From NCBI GenBank assembly GCA_051362555.1, contig JBPQGU010000016.1:5890001-5954000 (forward strand): a DNA stretch of 64,000 nucleotides, read 5' to 3'. The stretch comes from Lingula anatina. Its lineage: Eukaryota; Animalia; Brachiopoda. The first letter of the stretch is position 1. Each line of letters opens with the position of its first letter. A program made the translations under genes and the position numbers. The notes under the pieces were generated by a model. That model was not told where the DNA came from and ran no database searches. It was given only the letters and a program-made list of their open reading frames with translations. Shown in pieces: positions 39,869-53,043 of this stretch.

Positions 39869-41665
39869 CATCCAAGGAATGTCTGTATTTCAAAACGTAT
39901 AACTTACTAACTCTCAAAATTCAGTCATAAATACAAAATTCATGAATATGAATTTTATAAAACTAACATAACTGAATTTTTCAAATCTTGTTGATTGTGA
40001 ATTTTGTGAAGTTATCTGAAGCCTGAAATGTGTAGGATTTTAACATGAAATATAATTTTCTTCCAAAGAAAGCAATTTTAGCTACTTGTAAATTATTGCT
40101 AAATCCATCCCAACACTTAGCTTTCATGTTATGTATCATTTCTAGACAAACCACTTATAATAAAAAATGAAGAAGTCAGATCATAATGACAGTGGAGAAA
40201 TAATAATAAGTAAATATTAATAAAAATATTTTGGAAATCACTTTGAATTTCATATGTGCTTTGTAAGAAAAGTACCAACTTACTCGATCCGAAACCATTT
40301 TTTCTCAATTCAAAGATAATATGAATAACTAATCTAATGTAGATTGCTAGTCTCTAGTTTAGTAATTGTGTTGTACTTTTTAAACTCTGGTAAGATATCA
40401 AACATGGCCAACTCCCAGACATATACACACAGGTAATAACTAAAGAGGAAAAATCTGTAACACAGCTTAATAGCAAATTAACCATGGCCAGAGCTATCAT
40501 TTCCAATGAAAGTCCAACTAATGCCTAAGAGAGAAAGCATGTTCACTTTGCTGGCTGCACATTGGTACCATACTTCATGGTTTTCTATATATTAAAGATT
40601 CATTAAGACATCGTATGACAGAGAAAAACTTTGTAATGTGTAGTTTAATACTTTGTTAATAAGGTTGTGAGTTTTGTACATTTTCTGTATTTGATATTGA
40701 TTACAAAGAGACCTCTGACATTAGGTTATTAAAATTATTTCACATATGTGGATATTTTGTATGTTCATCAAACAGGGCTCAGGAATGTATTCGTCATAAA
40801 CAGTGAATAGAATATTTGATAAAATCTTGAATATTTGTGAGGGAAGCTCAAACAATTAGAAACAATGAGGATTTAAGTTAAAGATTACACTTCAGTATTG
40901 TTTGATTTCATAATTCTGTCAAAGACTTTCATTCCACAACATATTTATTCCATAGCAAGCTGTTCAGACCTAAACCAGTCTGCCCAGCCTACTTACTGCT
41001 TATTCTAAAGAGTGATTATGTTTATCTGTTGTCATCCATTGCTTCATCTACCCCTGTCACAAATGCAGCTTTTCAGAAATAATAGATCATAAATGATGGT
41101 ATATGACACTGTAAAATAAATGGACAACGTGTGATATATGGTTGATATGGCATCTGGGAAAACACGAAAAAGAACAAAAATTGTGTAACTGCAGAACGCT
41201 ATGAGCCTGATTACAGGAAAAAAGAGATTCTGAGTTGCGTTTCAAATAAACATATTGTATGAGTAATGACATGCAAATGTTAGATACATCACACTAGAAT
41301 GTGTTTTGTCTCTAAAGGATGATCAGACAGCTTCAGTTCCAGCTTGATGTTGTTACTGAAGGTGCAGATGTTCTGTTTTCTATATATTAGCCTAATTAAT
41401 AAGACATGGAACTTTGGACTCTAGTTATCAATTAAGCCCATTCAGTATGAAAACGCATTAGTTTTTTTCTCCTGTTTTAAACAGTATTCTTTTTTTAAGT
41501 AGAGATATTACATAGATCGTTAAATATTTCATACATAGAAACAAAAGCTTGTTATCTGTATTGTCATATTAATTATTAAATTATTATTGATATGCTGTTT
41601 TTTTATACTGCTAATAAGATGCACATTTTCCTCATCAACCGGGGTTGTTCAGTTGTACCTTTTTG

Positions 41666-41810
41666 TTGCTATTAAAACATCTTTATTTTATGATGGTTTC
41701 TTAACAGAGCTGTGATATAATTGACTTTGCAATTTTTTTGCTATTTAACATCTTTATTTTATGATGGGTTCTTAACAGAGCTGTGATATAATTGACTTTG
41801 CAATTTTTTT
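41666..41810. repeat. About 71-bp tandem duplication, near-identical
   Basis: acatctttattttatgatgg...ttgactttgcaattttt occurs twice. Confidence 0.92.
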
Positions 41811-43281
41811 CAATTAGTAAAAATCTGTTGCACAATTCCATTTGTTGCTCTATACACAGAAGGCATAAATATGGCATGACTAAAATTTTTAACTTATTCT
41901 AAAAAAATATTATTCCAAGAATATACCTTAGTGTAAGTGAAATATCGGACCAAACTTTAAAAAATTATTTTATGTCCACTAAGGAGGTCTTGCCCTTGTT
42001 GCTTAGTTGGTATATTAGTAAACAGCTTTAGTGTAGTTTAGGACAGATTTTGATAAAAGTCTTACCGGAAAGGTCAGTTACAGGCCCACTTAAAATCAGT
42101 TAGATTTAATATGATGAGAATTGAACTACCTTAGTGTGGGTTTTTGCAGACTGCGGGATTTTTTAAATACATCCCTTTGTATTTAGTGGGACTCTACAAA
42201 GTTCTTAAACTTCGTAACCTCTCGGTTCAGTGGTGAAAGTAAAAAACAACCAACCCCTCTGATTCTAACGAAGTTTGACTGTGCCTCAGTGGGGAGGGCT
42301 GTTCTCACTGAAAGGTTAACAAGATGTAGCATATGTTTCTATTCAACTTTATGTCAGATTACAGTGTATTTATCTGTGATGAACCTAAAGATGTGACTTA
42401 TGCTGTCTTCTTCTTAAGACCATCTCAGCCGGGGACGGCTGCAGTTTTGACAGGTTGGGTCCATTTCAGTGCTCCAGGGCCAAGAGTTAATTCCCTATCA
42501 AAATTGTCACGTCAGCATGATTTGCAGGCAGGCGTGTACGGAGAGACATAAATTCAAATCATAATCATGAGTATCATTACTTGCTTATGTGTTTGGTTAT
42601 GTGTATTAGTTCACTGGATCACGCTGGCTGGTTTAGACAGTGGGCAATCTGACAGGATTTATACCAGTTACACTGACTTACTTATAAATTATGACAATAA
42701 TCAATAGGTGGCTATGTCCGATGGGTAGACCAATCCTGTCACATTTCAATCCGCCAGTTTGCTAGCTGAATTTGTTCTGCTGCAGGTGAAAAGAAACTTA
42801 ACGCTGTGAAGAAAATTATGGATTTTTGTTAATAATCCAGGACAGTTATGACAGTTGAGTAATCGGTAGACAGAAACAATAAAGATATTTTTTACAGGAG
42901 AATAATAAAACTCCAAACAATGCCCCATACATCATCCTGACAGCTGTAGTAGCAGAGGGGGGAGTCCCCTAGGCAAAAACATGGGGGAAAGATGAGCTCT
43001 ATCATGCACTGAATTGCTTGCAAATGGAAGAGGTCATGAGAAAAAATACACAAATAAGAAGTGAAGTGTCTCTTTCTTCCATTCTGTTTTTTTTTTTTTT
43101 TTCTAAAAAGAAGAGCAATTTTCTTCACTAATAACATATGTTCAGAAATGATTTGCAAAATGTGGGGACTTGTTTGAAGAAGATAGACATTAAAAAAAAT
43201 ATAAGAAAACTGCCTTTGAAAAAATTGTTTTAAAAACATGAGGTTCAAGTAATTAGATACTAACAAATTTTCAGTGCAGAT

Positions 43282-43335
43282 AAGAATTATAATGTGAATA
43301 GTGTAGCAAAGAATTATAATGTGAATAGTGTAGCA
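43282..43335. repeat. 27-bp tandem duplication
   Basis: aagaattataatgtgaatagtgtagca x2. Confidence 0.9.
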
Positions 43336-45299
43336 GTGCATTTATTTATTAACAATTTGTTTTGTACAAAAAAGATATTTTAGGTAAAACTTTAAACACC
43401 CAGCATCAGTGTAGGTGGCCCTTGAGTTCTAACAATACATCAGAAATGGATACAGTGTAACCAGGAGACTTAAGTTACAAATTTCTCATAATACGACAGA
43501 GAGAAGAGAGCAGTAATTTGTCATCCCACCCGACCACCTAGAGATAGAAATAATAACAACAATATTCACACCTGCGATGATCTGCCTTTATCTCTTTATC
43601 ATCTATCAGACACTGCTAATCTCGTTAAGTGATGTTACTGTTCTTATTTATAGCTTTGACACTGAACACACAGACCTTGAGTTAATTGCTGTAATAGGTG
43701 ACTTTGGCCCTCCAGTTAGGATCCCATCCATCACGTTTGTCATTCACGTGGACAGTCATCAGTCGGAAAATGTCACCTTCTTGGCATCGGACTGTTGCTT
43801 GAATGCTGTTAGGGTACTGGTGGTCTCTGGGGGAAAGAGAAAACAAAAACGTCTCTAAATGAAATTATTATCACCTGCAGGGAGAAGGTTACAGTCTGCT
43901 ATTAAAAACTCTTTGGTCTTGGTGATAAAGCAATCTAGCAGAGATGTTGCATTCTTTGAGGGTTTTGTTCTCACATAAAAAAGAAAGAGCAACATTGGGA
44001 ACATTACGAATCTTGTGTTCACTGTGATTGAACATTAACTTTCAAGAAAAAATTATTTTGTTTTTAGATTAATGCTCGATTTTGTGTGAACAATTCTTCA
44101 AAATACCTTTTGTTTATTTATTTTGTTTCTTCATAAATTAAAAAAAAACTAGTATATCATAGAAGGAAAACTTTTGCTATATTCTTACTGTTTGACAAAG
44201 ACATTTTTGTTTGTCTGGTACAATTTACTCCCCCAAAAATATATATCAACTTTAAAAAAGAAGAGTGTACCAATAATTATTTCTTGTTTAGATTTTTTTC
44301 AAATGTATTTTTCTTTTAATATATTTCTTTAACTTATGACTTAAAAAGTTCAAAGAATGGGTTCTCTTTGTGACAGTTAAAGATAATGACAGGAACCAGG
44401 CAGATTTCTCCTCTGTTATTTCCTGTCTATTTTAAGTTTAATAACGGTACACGTAATTGTTGAGGTCATTTTCCTGAGATCAGATACAGTGAATGCACAT
44501 CCTGACAGATATAACTACCTTTGTGGAGATCAGCTGACTTTTGTTCCAACTTCCTTTCACCTGAGATCTTAATCTGAAATAAAGACCTGACGTCTCCTTG
44601 GTTGCCCATTATGATAGGCTTTCCCCATAATTACTGGAGTCCGCCAGTTAAAATGATATAGACTTATACATAGGTTAACTGCTCAAGTTAATTAGTATGA
44701 TAAGAGAGGAGGAGTTGGGGTGTGATTTGGATAGATGATACCCACATGGGATATGTGTCATTTGGTTATAAAATTTATTTTATTAAACAAGTTCATAAAA
44801 TTGTGATCACTTACTTACTGAAGCTCTTCATCTAATTTGTGATTTAATTATTCCTCTTATTGGGTAGCTTAAAAAGATAATATTTAAAAAGATGTACATT
44901 TTTTTGTTTATAATGACTTAATTTTACAACTTACTGAAAAAATATGTAAATAGTAAATTGATAATTTACAAACTGTTTTATTTTGTATTATTTCATCAAA
45001 AGAAATTCAAGACGTGGAATCTTGTGGTGTTTATATATTGATACTAATATCTTGTATTGAAGGAATTTCTGTTAAGAGTGTGACTAAAGCAATTTGTTAT
45101 TGCAGACAGTATGTATACACATTTTTGGCAAATGTATTTTTCATAAAAAATTACATTTTCCTCAAGAAATAATTTGAATAAAAATTTTTTTGGGTAATAA
45201 AAGAGAGGCACAACATTTGCTATTTTTTCTGTATGATTTTGATTATTATGCTTTAACTTTTGTGGAAAAACTTGACAACATATTTTTCAATCTTTCCAG

Positions 45300-45541
45300 G
45301 TCTCCAAGCTATGCCAGGGGATATGTATGGTATGCCCCCTGCCAGCAGTTCCTATAGCAACATGTCCCAATTGCGTCCTCCTGTCCACTCGCAAGCCATG
45401 CTCATTCCAGGCCACCCGCATCACATGATGATGGGGCATGGCGGCCATCTTGGACCCCCATCGATGTTGGACCCCCAAAATCCACAACTTCATGGAGGTT
45501 TAGAGAGTATGGCACATATACAAGATATCCATGCAGGATAA
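45300..45541 (+). CDS. Meis: Meis/homothorax terminal coding exon (Meis1b/Meis2-type C-terminus)
   Basis: tttccag acceptor; GLQAMPGDMY...SQLRPPVHSQAMLIPGHPHHMMM...IQDIHAG*, resembling vertebrate GLQSMPG...IPGHPHH...MDIHAQ; the six exons sum to 732 nt in frame. Confidence 0.92.
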
Positions 45542-48500
45542 GTTGTGAACCCCATATCAGCAATAAAAGAAAGTTTAAGTTAAAATGAAGATTGTGAGGA
45601 ATCACTTGGACTGTTGAAGGAGACTGTTTTCAAGTTTTTTTTTGCAAACAGGGCTCATTTTAATTTCATCCAAAGGGATTTATCCAGGAAGCATGGGGGT
45701 CATGCTGCATTGTTCTGTTAGTCCATTAGCAGGAGTGAGGGTGGACAAGAAGAGAGAGATATAGTGCTCAAATCATTTTCCCTAGTCAACAGTGAACCAT
45801 ATACAGACAATGAACAAAGTTTTGTAATTATTATTATTTTGATGAAGAAGGAGAAGAAAAGAAGACGAGGAAGAGGGAGATGAACTTTACAGAAAAAAAT
45901 ATATATACAAAATACCTAATAGGGAGGAGACATTTATTTTTCTGATGCTGAATATTTGTAGATCACTTAAAAATATAAGATAAAAAGAAAAAACAAGCAT
46001 TATTGACTCCAGCAGAACCATGTCATTTTATATAGGTGCAAGATTTTTTTTACTTGTGTATACTAGTGTTGTGATAAGGTGCTGGAACTTACTTCCAATC
46101 ACAAGGTCTTAATTGCTCTTTGCTTGCAGCAATACTTTTAGATCCATTTATACGTATAAACAATAACTCTTTCTCATGAAGTAAAAAAAGAGGGGGGCCG
46201 ACCTGACATGTTTAGTGGCATCATCTTATGCAATATGTTCACTGAAACTTTCCTATTTGAAGCTTTCCTGCCAACCTTTGAAGGAACTTGGGTGTCGCCA
46301 CATTTTTACACAATTTCAGACATGCTGCTGATGCCTTTAGATACCTTTTTGCTGCTTTAAACTAAAACAGAACGCATGTCAAAGTTTCCATAGAAACGAT
46401 GAGCTGTAGGGGAGGCACCTGGCACCAGCTTGGTCATTCCTGTTAAAGTTTGTAACACTTCCACAAATGAAACAGTTGGCAAAACTATGTTGCTTACAGC
46501 AGAAAATCACACATAGGCCTATGTGTATATACATAAATACAATTAATTCACAGAGGTTAAGCGGTAGTTAACAATTTATGCTCTGAGCTGTAGCTCACCA
46601 GACATTGCCTGAAGTTGCAGCCTGCTGCCACAAAATGTCAAGCACAGCATTGAACTTCAGCGGTAACAGATGATGCCAGGGCCAGGACTTATACAATGAC
46701 AATATAAACTAACACAATAATGATTAGAAAAGTAATAGGATTACAGTGATGATATATGTTTTTTTGTGCCTAGCATTAAATGCATATTTATTGTGTGGAA
46801 CCTCCGGGCATTTTTTGGCTCCATTCCTGTAAAGCAATTCTATGGCACAAGTAGTCATTCAGTGAGACTCTGTCAGTCTCCCAATGTCTCTAGTTTTTAC
46901 ATGTAAATAGAGAGGTACAAGTGTACATAAGTGACAATCTCATTCAGTATGAACGCAAGCACTGGAGAGGAGGAGGAAAACTTCGGTGACAGATCAGATC
47001 AGAGTATTACTCTTTTTCTCAGTGAGAAAGGAAAATGAGATCTCTCTGGCAGCCATCATAGGCCTGTGATGTTGTCTGTTTCAACCCACAGGGCCTTAAA
47101 CCATGGTTGAGCCATTTTTTGTGGAAAAATATATAGAATGGCATGCAATAAAAATTAAAAGATGGTTTTATTCACATTCAAGACAATAATATGAGCGTAC
47201 AAAAATCCGATTACAGTTTGGAGTGATATTTCGGGAGGGGTCTTTCAAGATAGAGGGAAAAAAATGCTTGTTTTTAAAAGATGTATTGCATTGGTTTTGA
47301 ATTTATTTGTCTTTAATGTCCATTTATGCTGTCATTGATTTATTATTTCCATATAAGGCTGTCACTGAATTATTATTTTTAAGTTTCTAACTAATTTTCT
47401 TCATGGCAAGACTGTCCAAAACCCCTGTTGTCTGCGGGGAAATAAGAGCACCCTGGGTTTCAGAAACATGTTTCAGACTTACATCTTCAGCGGGGCATGT
47501 CTGTCTCACCCTTTAGAAATCTGAAACTCGGGGGCAGAGGGTTTGACTTTTGGTTGCTTTTTTCAGGTCACATGGGTGGTCACATGAGTGGTCACATGAG
47601 TGGTCATTTGAGTGGTCATTTGAGTGGTCACATACTAGTGGTCACATACTAGTGCACTTTTCCATTATTTTTTCTCTCACGTCTTGTTGTCCCATTCTTC
47701 ATGTTAAATCAGCATTTTCAAAGGTGATGTCAGTTAAGATTTAATGGCAATTTACCTGCATTGTAATAAACATAAATTTTGTTTAATTCTAATTGTGCTG
47801 TTATTGTATATGTTTCTAGTTTTTGGGGGGAATGGTTGTGAAACTGTCATCAACTTGTACAGTTTTAGTCTTAGATGCAGTATTATCGTAGAGTGGACAG
47901 GATTTGGCCATTTTTTTAGAAGTTGCATCAGCTTCTATCTATGTACTCTTTTTTCCTTTATTTTTTCTTATTTCTCCTTTTATTTATTTTCTTTATTATA
48001 ATTTTTTTGCCTTACAAAATGTTATTATATTTGGTTGAAAGGAAACAGTATTAGACGTAGTGTTTATCAGTTATAGGAAACTTGGCAGATAGTGAGGGCT
48101 ACTGGCATACACGTGTATATTTATATACAGACGCTAGAAACCCAGATTAGACTATACAACGGCACACTTTGAGTTTAGAACTAAAATGAATAGAATGCAT
48201 TATTTTTAAGCAATTTATTGAACCAAAGATTTCAACAGTCCTTGATCTGTTGAATAGAGGGGAGATGCTGATGTAGACTTAGATACCTGGTGAGGAAAGT
48301 ATTTTTAAAACAAGCTCTGTCTTTGTAGGGACATTCTCTAACTTCTCCCATTCTCTTTTGAAGTCGACATTTTTGTCAAACTTCGTTTGAGACACAGTGT
48401 TGACAAGGGTAAATGTAGCTGCGGATAGATAGGGGGGGATGCAGTTTTCTTTGAAGTTTGAATTTGACAAGCATTACTTTTCCCAGTCATGATTCGAATA

Positions 48501-49514
48501 TGCCAAGAAAAAACAGAATTACATGAAGTTGCACAAAAATGTGTTTATTAGATGTCTGTCTGATGTTTTAGTTAAATGGGCAGTAGCTTGACTTTCATGT
48601 GCAGTACGATAGATGCTGTTTATCTTTTCTTAAAATGACTGATATTATTATTATTTTTAGATAACACAAGAACTTTATTCTAGTCTGGAATTTGCTTCAA
48701 TAACATGGTAAACAGGTACTAGGATTCGATAACATTTTGTTAAAAATCTATTGCTACTGATTTGAATTTGAAAGTCGGATGTCCCAAGGACTTAAAAATA
48801 CAGAAATTGTTTCACCGACTAGTGCTAATGTTTTAGACAATAAAGGGTGAAAGTTGATTCTATGCCAAGTTTTGATCAATCCGCTATTAAAACTGATAAA
48901 AATTAGAATATTTTTATGTTTAGTCACATCCATGGTGCTTTAGACTTGCTTGTAAGATATGCGTATGTAATACTCGCTGGAGTCCTTGGTGTTAACTGTG
49001 TGCCGTTTCTTTAATAATTTGAGAGGGGTATTAAGGCAAACTTTTAAGAAATTACTATAATTTGTACACTATGTATTATATTTAATCTTTATCTATGCGC
49101 AGTGGTTATTCCTATGTTATTGTGTTAATAGCATTTTGATTGATAACTATGTTATGGTGGTTTCAGAAACATTGAAGCATTGGAAAGATATTCCATAGGA
49201 TTCCAAGGACGTTTTATTGTTGTTATTATTGTACACTGTTCCTATGGAAGTTTTTGTTGTTTTCAGGTGGTTAAAAAATCAACCAAAATTAATGATAAGT
49301 TCCCAACTTTATTATTTCAAATGTTATGTCTGTCCTTACGTTTATAATATTATTCTTATATTGTAGTGTCCTGTGGGGTTCTATGGAATATCGTACCGTT
49401 TTGTAAGAAAGATCATATACCTCATCCAGCATTCTTTGAACATTGTATAGGAAAGCAGCATAGAAAGAAAATAAAACCATATCATAACGGTTTAGTCTGA
49501 TGTTTGAAAATAAA
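45542..49514 (+). other. Probable Meis 3' UTR with several candidate polyadenylation signals
   Basis: U-rich, CpG-poor sequence after the stop; AATAAA at 45562, 47147, 47765, 49470 and 49509; the true end cannot be determined from sequence alone. Confidence 0.45.
47566..47654. repeat. 12-14-bp tandem repeat (ggtcacatgagt-type, 7 copies)
   Basis: ggtcacatgggt, ggtcacatgagt x2, ggtcatttgagt x2, ggtcacatactagt x2. Confidence 0.9.
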
Positions 49515-49599
49515 TAATTATAAAACCGAAGTGTGGAGCTGATGGTATAGACTATTGTAGACAGACCCACGTAGATAAATGACCGAACTTTTGCTGCAA

Positions 49600-52303
49600 T
49601 CTTTAAGAACAGGTCTTTGAAATAAAAAGTCAAACCATTTTGCATCTTGTTGCCGCTTTTATTTCGTGATGATTTCCACTCTGACGCGCAGTTGAAAAAT
49701 GACAATGGCGGTTAAATGTCAAAGACAAAGGCATTCCTCACGCTCTTTTGTCTTGAGATAGAAAACGGGACGGTGGGAAGAAAAGTGGCTTTCACCAAGA
49801 GAAAAGAAGCTCATACCTCTCATAAACACAGTTTGTGTATGGAAAGGGAACTATCTTTGTGGTCCTAACCAATTTTTTACCTTTAAAAACCTCGGTAGAA
49901 TTAACATGTTGCACCAAGATGAGAACATAAAGACGTCATTTGCGACCTTAAAGATGAAATAATGCCCCAATTTTAATACCCATTTAAAGATTTTTCAAGT
50001 GTGAATCGATTTTTAACCGTCCTTGCATCTTCTTCTAAGATGCGACAGTTCAATAGAAAACAAAAACGTGCGCCGAGTTTGAAAGTAAAATGCTGCTAGA
50101 CTTTTCTTTGACAAATCCAACCGTAAAATGACTGTATGTTCATTAAAGGATTTTTCAAGTCTGGTTTGTGTTTTCTGTGTCGTTTTTCTTCGCCAAAAAT
50201 GCGACAAAGGTATGAGTTAATCACGACGCGACAATTGATCGTACATTCAGAGTGAAGGTAGACTAGCTATTGTAAATATGCCTACAGAAATATGACTAAA
50301 TTTGAACATTTGCCTTTTCTCAATTCACGTATTTGAAAAGCATGCCATTATGCCAATAGCGGAATGTACAGCACGTCTTCCATTTACTCTCTCTCTCTCT
50401 CTCTCTCATGTGACGATGATAATCTAAAAAATACAAAATGAACATGGAAAGTCTGATATTTTAATACTTAAAAGTGCTAGTGTTTCAGAAAAATGGCAAT
50501 ATTTTGAAAAATCTTCAAAAGGAGACAAAAAGGCTGTCTTTGTTTTAAATGTTGTTAACAATTTTCTGAAGAAAGAAAATATTCTACATAATTTTTCTTT
50601 TACTTTCTGATTAGGCTTGTCTGAAAGTTTTTTCTTCGATAATTTTTAAAATGTTCACATTGATTTGTCGCCATAACACTTCCATGAAAATTTTTTTTTT
50701 CCAACGACCACGGTCTTTCAAAGATCTTGAAAAAATTAAACATTTCATGGGAGAATTGTGAACAGTAAATGTTAATTGAATATGTAGTCAAACGTCGATT
50801 TTTTTCTTTGCTTCCACAAGTATAAACAGATAGTGCTATAAACACTATATAAGGCATTAGAGATAGGCCTACCAAATGGCGTTTTTTTTATTCCAATTTT
50901 TTATTTTCATTTATTTCTCTGTACTATTAAACAGCATGAATATTAAAATTACTTAATATATTTTATCACACATGTATTAAGGCATAAAGCAATCTATGTG
51001 AAAAATAAAGTAGGCCTACCTTCAAAGGGGAGACAATAACTTTTTATTTTTTGTTTTTTCACGTAAATGAATAACTTGTCATTTGAAAAGTTTTTAGCAC
51101 GAATGTCGTAATGTATAATTCAACATTGAATTATCACCTGGCGCTGTTTACTCCCAAAGGAAACTATTTCGTAACACCAGCGAAGATACATAGAAATCGT
51201 TTGTGAAGAAAGACTCCAACATTAAACAGCGTGTTTTCAGCGATATTGAACACGCGCAAGATTTTTAAAATAAACTTTTCATGTAACTGGTTATAATTTC
51301 CTCAAATACGTAAATGCTCAACTGTTGTTACGTCTACTTAAAACCACACAGTGTATTATTTCCTATTAGTGATCTCGGGATATTAACGGCGTTGCATTAT
51401 TTCCTTTATTATATGACCTTCTGTAATAAAAAATTCCGTATTGCCATGTAACGATCATAAACTGTCACAGCATACGTATATACCAGTATTAAAATACAGA
51501 GTGTCCGCCCTTTATAAGATACATACAGGACAGGGTTAGCTGACGTAAGAGGGTGAAAATCTCGGACGTCCCCGAATCCTGTATCACAAGGGATTTTTTC
51601 GTTTGTGATCCCTTGTTTCTGTCTTTTCACATGGCTGGAACTTTTAAGAAAAGTCAAAATGTTGATTTCATGTGAAACACCACATTTTTGTCACGATGTA
51701 GGATAAATTTAACAGGGGGTGAATGCTGGAACTCTTTTTCTTTATTTTTTCCCCTTTTTATGTTGTTTTATAACATTTTCAGTGCATCAGGATTTTATTT
51801 TGCGACCAATGAGGCCAATCAAATCATTTATCAGAATGAAATGAAGATGAAAATGATTAGACTTTTGTTTGAAATTTGGATTTCAAGATCAGAAGCAAAG
51901 TTGTTACGAAACGACCCTCAAAAATTGAAAATAAGCGACATTTTATTTGACTACTAAAGGCTCGATTACATGTACGTGACCTTCTCTAAGAGAGACAATC
52001 TTTTCATTTTTCCAAAACAAATGACACTAGCATCCTGAAAAACGCTTATTTCAGGAAATTATTCACGCTAAACGAGACTGCAATAAGGTTAAAAGGCCAG
52101 CGTTGCCAAGTCATAATGATCTGTGTATTTAGCCAATTTTGTTCATTTCTTCGTTTATATTAGCATTTTTTGTGATAAAAACACAATGATAACAATGCTC
52201 ATGTCTCAACTACCGCAATGAAACCAACCTGCTAGCCACGAGCTCCATCTGGCGGAGACGGAACGACTGAGCGGGAAAGGAGTAGAAACTTTGGACTGCA
52301 AAA
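49600..52303 (+). promoter_or_regulatory. CpG-richer intergenic/promoter region upstream of the CATSPERE-like gene
   Basis: CpG is visibly more frequent than in the flanking gene bodies (judged by eye); CCAAT near 52133, GTTGCCAAG X-box half-site at 52102, CTCF-like motif at 52242-52255; lies directly 5' of the ATG. Confidence 0.4.
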
Positions 52304-52371
52304 ATGACATTTATTCGCTGGGTCATTTTCTGCCTTTTGATATTCACAAAGAAAAGCAGAGAAACTTGGAG
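52304..52371 (+). CDS. CATSPERE: CatSper subunit epsilon-like, exon 1 (signal peptide)
   Basis: aaaATG; MTFIRWVIFCLLIFTKKSRETW(R) hydrophobic leader followed by WRY as in CATSPERE LWRY; AG|gtaaca donor. Confidence 0.8.
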
Positions 52372-52705
52372 GTAACAATGTAGTAAGAATTTGATTAGGA
52401 TTTTTTAAAGTTACGAGTATTCAAAATTGAGCGAGAAGATTCTGAAACCACCTGGCATCCTAGCGCATCAATATCTTTTTTTTCTTAGAATTTATCGGAA
52501 ACTCACTGAATACCAGTGTATTTAATAAGGACATCATGTGATACTCATACTGTTTTGTTGTAAAAGATGTGGCCAGAACAGGGATTAAAAATGCTAGTTC
52601 AGAAAATGATATCATTCAACCACACTTCATGAATTGAATTTCTCAAATTTAACACTGCCAGAATTTACTGATGATTTATGGTGATTTCTGTTTATGATAT
52701 TTTAG

Positions 52706-52754
52706 ATATGGTAATGAAATTGGGCAATCAGAACTTTTCAACACAAGAAATCCA
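52706..52754 (+). CDS. CATSPERE: CATSPERE-like exon 2
   Basis: tttag/gtaagt; (R)YGNEIGQSELFNTRNP, cf. human RYSTN...IFSTRST. Confidence 0.82.
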
Positions 52755-52960
52755 GTAAGTAACACACTCTTGTTGATACTTTCTGTGAAAATCTAGACCT
52801 TTAAAGTGTACTCCATCATTTTCTGCCAATGCTACATAATATAAACATTGTACTACTACAAGGCTGGTTCTGTAACATAAAAATTTGCATGATTGAAAAC
52901 AAAAAAATCTGTAGCAGTAGTGATTGCTTTTCAGTGAATCTTTTCTTTGTGATTTGTTAG

Positions 52961-53043
52961 ATCAAGCTAGAGTATTTGTTTGAACAAGATGGAGTAGAGA
53001 TAGAATGGCACATAAATGGAAATTGCGTTGTCTCTAACAAGAG
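52961..53043 (+). CDS. CATSPERE: CATSPERE-like exon 3
   Basis: ttag/gtaaaa; IKLEYLFEQDGVEIEWHINGNCVVSNK, cf. human IKLEYEG...EW..PETCFVLNK. Confidence 0.87.

Noticed and set aside
49981-50210. Degenerate direct repeat of about 160 bp or MITE remnant (gatttttcaagt...atgcgaca twice)
   Set aside because: Similarity is patchy, with no terminal inverted repeats or target-site duplication found.
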